Below are positions 62,118 to 64,000 of a stretch of DNA of 64,000 bases, in pieces. The notes under the pieces were generated by a model, which did not search any database, was not told the DNA's origin, and saw only the letters and a program-made list of their open reading frames with translations. The position numbers and the translations under genes are program-made. The stretch's first letter is position 1. Each line of letters opens with the position of its first letter. The DNA is from Cypionkella sp. (lineage in GTDB: Bacteria > Pseudomonadota > Alphaproteobacteria > Rhodobacterales > Rhodobacteraceae), in the NCBI GenBank assembly GCA_046590425.1, contig JBKJTI010000316.1, forward strand, positions 4,618 through 68,617. Direction: 5' to 3'.

Positions 62118-63200
62118 ATGACGACACTCAACCGTCGCAGCCTGATGAAAGCCGTGGGCGCTGCCGCCACGCTTTCGCTGACGGGCACCACCGCCCACGC
62201 CGCCGACAAAATCAAAATCGGCTTCATCTTCCTCGGCCCGATCGGTGACTATGGTTGGACTTGGGCGCATAACAAAGGCCGCGAGGCGATTGACGCAGCG
62301 CTTGGCGACAAGGTCGAGACGCTCTACGTCGAGAACGTCGCTGAAGATGCATCGGCGATCCCGCTGATCCGCGATCTGGCCAACCAAGGCTGCAAGCTGA
62401 TCTTCACATGCTCTTACGGCTACATGGACCAAACCCTTGCCGTCGCAGCCGAATTCCCCGATGTGAAGTTCGAACATTGCACCGGTTTCAAGCGCGCCGA
62501 CAACGTCGCGACCTATAACTCCAAATTCCACGAAGGCCGCGCCGTTCTGGGCACCATCGCGGGCAAAATGTCTAAATCCGGCACTCTGGGCTATCTCGGC
62601 TCGTACAAGGTTCCCGAGGTCGTCTTGGGCGTCAACGCCTTCGCCCTCGCCGCGCAAAAGCAAAACCCGGCCGCAACCGTCAAACTGGTTCTGATCGATT
62701 CCTGGTTCGATCCACCGAAAGAAGCCGCCGCAACCGAAACTCTGGTAAATCTGGGCTGCGATATCGTCACCACCCACACCGACAGCCCCGGCCCGCTGCA
62801 AATCCTCGAGCAGAAAGGCCTTTATGGCTTTGGCCAAGGCGCTGACATGTCGGCCTTCGCCCCCACCGCCCACCTCACCGCGATTGAGGATATCTGGGGG
62901 CCCTACTACGTCGCCCGCGCGCAGGCGATTGTGGACGGCACCTGGACCTCGACCGACACTTGGGATGGCATGAAAGAAGGCACCGTGGTGATGGCCCCCT
63001 ACAACGCCGCAGTGCCCGCCGATGTGGTGGCCTTGGCCGATGCTGTGCAGGCTGGCTACAAGGACGGCAGCTACGATATCTTCACCGGCCCGATTTTCGA
63101 CCAAGACGGGGTTGAGAAGGTCAAAGCCGGTGAGATCATGACGCTGGAACAACTCGCCACCATCGACTGGTTTGTCAAAGGCGTCGAAAGCGCGTCCTAA
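62118..63200 (+). CDS. BMP family substrate-binding protein with Tat signal
   Basis: NRRSLMK Tat motif; GDYGWT.AH, WFDPPKE, WFVKGV. Confidence 0.93.
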   Translation: MTTLNRRSLMKAVGAAATLSLTGTTAHAADKIKIGFIFLGPIGDYGWTWAHNKGREAIDAALGDKVETLYVENVAEDASAIPLIRDLANQGCKLIFTCSYGYMDQTLAVAAEFPDVKFEHCTGFKRADNVATYNSKFHEGRAVLGTIAGKMSKSGTLGYLGSYKVPEVVLGVNAFALAAQKQNPAATVKLVLIDSWFDPPKEAAATETLVNLGCDIVTTHTDSPGPLQILEQKGLYGFGQGADMSAFAPTAHLTAIEDIWGPYYVARAQAIVDGTWTSTDTWDGMKEGTVVMAPYNAAVPADVVALADAVQAGYKDGSYDIFTGPIFDQDGVEKVKAGEIMTLEQLATIDWFVKGVESAS

Positions 63201-63299
63201 AGCGGTTCAGATTTTCTCCAAGGAGAATCTATCGGAAAACGCGTTCGACTGAACCGAGAGGCAGCGATCTGCGAATCCTTGTTAATCTGAACCGGTAAG
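63197..63299. repeat. CIR/Bru-RS-like element, copy 2
   Basis: Inverted CGGTTCAGATT/AATCTGAACCG; shares TATCG.AAAACGCGTTCGA and GAGAGGC.GCGAT with copy 1; starts at the stop codon of the BMP gene. Confidence 0.75.
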
Positions 63300-63318
63300 C
63301 CAATCTCTGCCACCAAAG

Positions 63319-63347
63319 AAGGCCCGCGCCCCCAACGCGGGCCTTTT
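63319..63347 (+). terminator. Intrinsic terminator
   Basis: AAGGCCCGCG/CGCGGGCCTT stem followed by a T-tract. Confidence 0.75.
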
Positions 63348-63410
63348 GCTTGCCACACACCCATTCCAGTGAAACGCTACGTCAACCCTGCAGATCGAAA
63401 GGAACACCCG

Positions 63411-63893
63411 ATGGCCAAAGCCGCCAAAAACACCATTTGCATCTGGTATGACAAAGACGCCGAAGCCGCCGCGAACTTCTACGCCAGCATCTTCCCCGAC
63501 ACCAAAGTCAACGCTGTCTTCCGCGCCCCCGGAGACTACCCTTCGGGCCACAAGGGCGATGTGCTGACCGTCGATTTCACCGTCTGCGGCATCCCTTGCA
63601 TCGGTCTGAACGGCGGCCCTGCGTTCAAACACACCGAAGCCTTCTCCATGCAGATCGCCACGGATGACCAAGCAGAAACCGATCGCTACTGGAACGCGAT
63701 TGTTGGCAACGGCGGGCAGACCAGCGAATGTGGCTGGTGCAAAGACAAGTGGGGCATCAACTGGCAGATCACCCCGCGCACCCTGACCGAAGCCATGGTC
63801 GCAGGCGGGGCCGAGGCCGCGCGCGCCTTCGCCGCGATGATGACGATGCAGAAAATCGACGTTGCAAAAATCGACGCCGCACGGCGCAGCTGA
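63411..63893 (+). CDS. VOC/PhnB-like (3-demethylubiquinone methyltransferase-like) protein
   Basis: AEAAANFY, LNGGP, CGWCKDKWGINWQI. Confidence 0.9.
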   Translation: MAKAAKNTICIWYDKDAEAAANFYASIFPDTKVNAVFRAPGDYPSGHKGDVLTVDFTVCGIPCIGLNGGPAFKHTEAFSMQIATDDQAETDRYWNAIVGNGGQTSECGWCKDKWGINWQITPRTLTEAMVAGGAEAARAFAAMMTMQKIDVAKIDAARRS

Positions 63894-63927
63894 TCGCTCC
63901 ACCCCGGGCCCCGAAGCCTGACCACCC

Positions 63928-63960
63928 GGAATTGCTCTTTTCCAAATACTCAAATACCCC
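63928..63960. repeat. AAATACTC-family repeat
   Basis: GGAATTGCTCTTTTCCAAATACTC is close to the arms at 57437-57489. Confidence 0.7.
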
Positions 63961-64000
63961 GCCCCATCCAGCACAACGCCGCAGACACCTCGCTGCACCG

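Overview
GC-rich alphaproteobacterial core chromosome; gene content and order look Rhodobacteraceae-like (inference). In order: tolQ(partial)-ybgC-DUF2161-ruvBAC, prmA, priA, fsa, xerC-pcs, ogt/LysR, ileS, trpB, pyrD, irr-fabA-fabB-fabI, tRNA-Gly, class II RNR nrdJ, hisS-hisZ-hisG, dnaE, and a purine catabolism/uptake cluster (xdhABC, two deaminases, BMP-type ABC transporter). I saw no prophage, IS transposase, rRNA or CRISPR array. Best leads: (1) a leaderless Ile-codon uORF plus hairpin in front of ileS, a candidate attenuator; (2) a three-copy intergenic module of CtrA-like box, IHF-like site exactly 26 bp later, then a palindrome; (3) an in-frame TAG in the middle of dnaE; (4) low-GC in-frame patches inside IleRS and HisRS, and low-GC orphan genes wedged between core genes; (5) two secreted PepSY-like proteins with Asp/Gly/Ser repeat tails next to a membrane-anchored LuxR regulator; (6) several families of REP/MITE-like repeats. 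Four frame-breaking lesions in 64 kb mean sequencing or assembly error must be excluded first. All calls are by eye from motifs; no searches were run.
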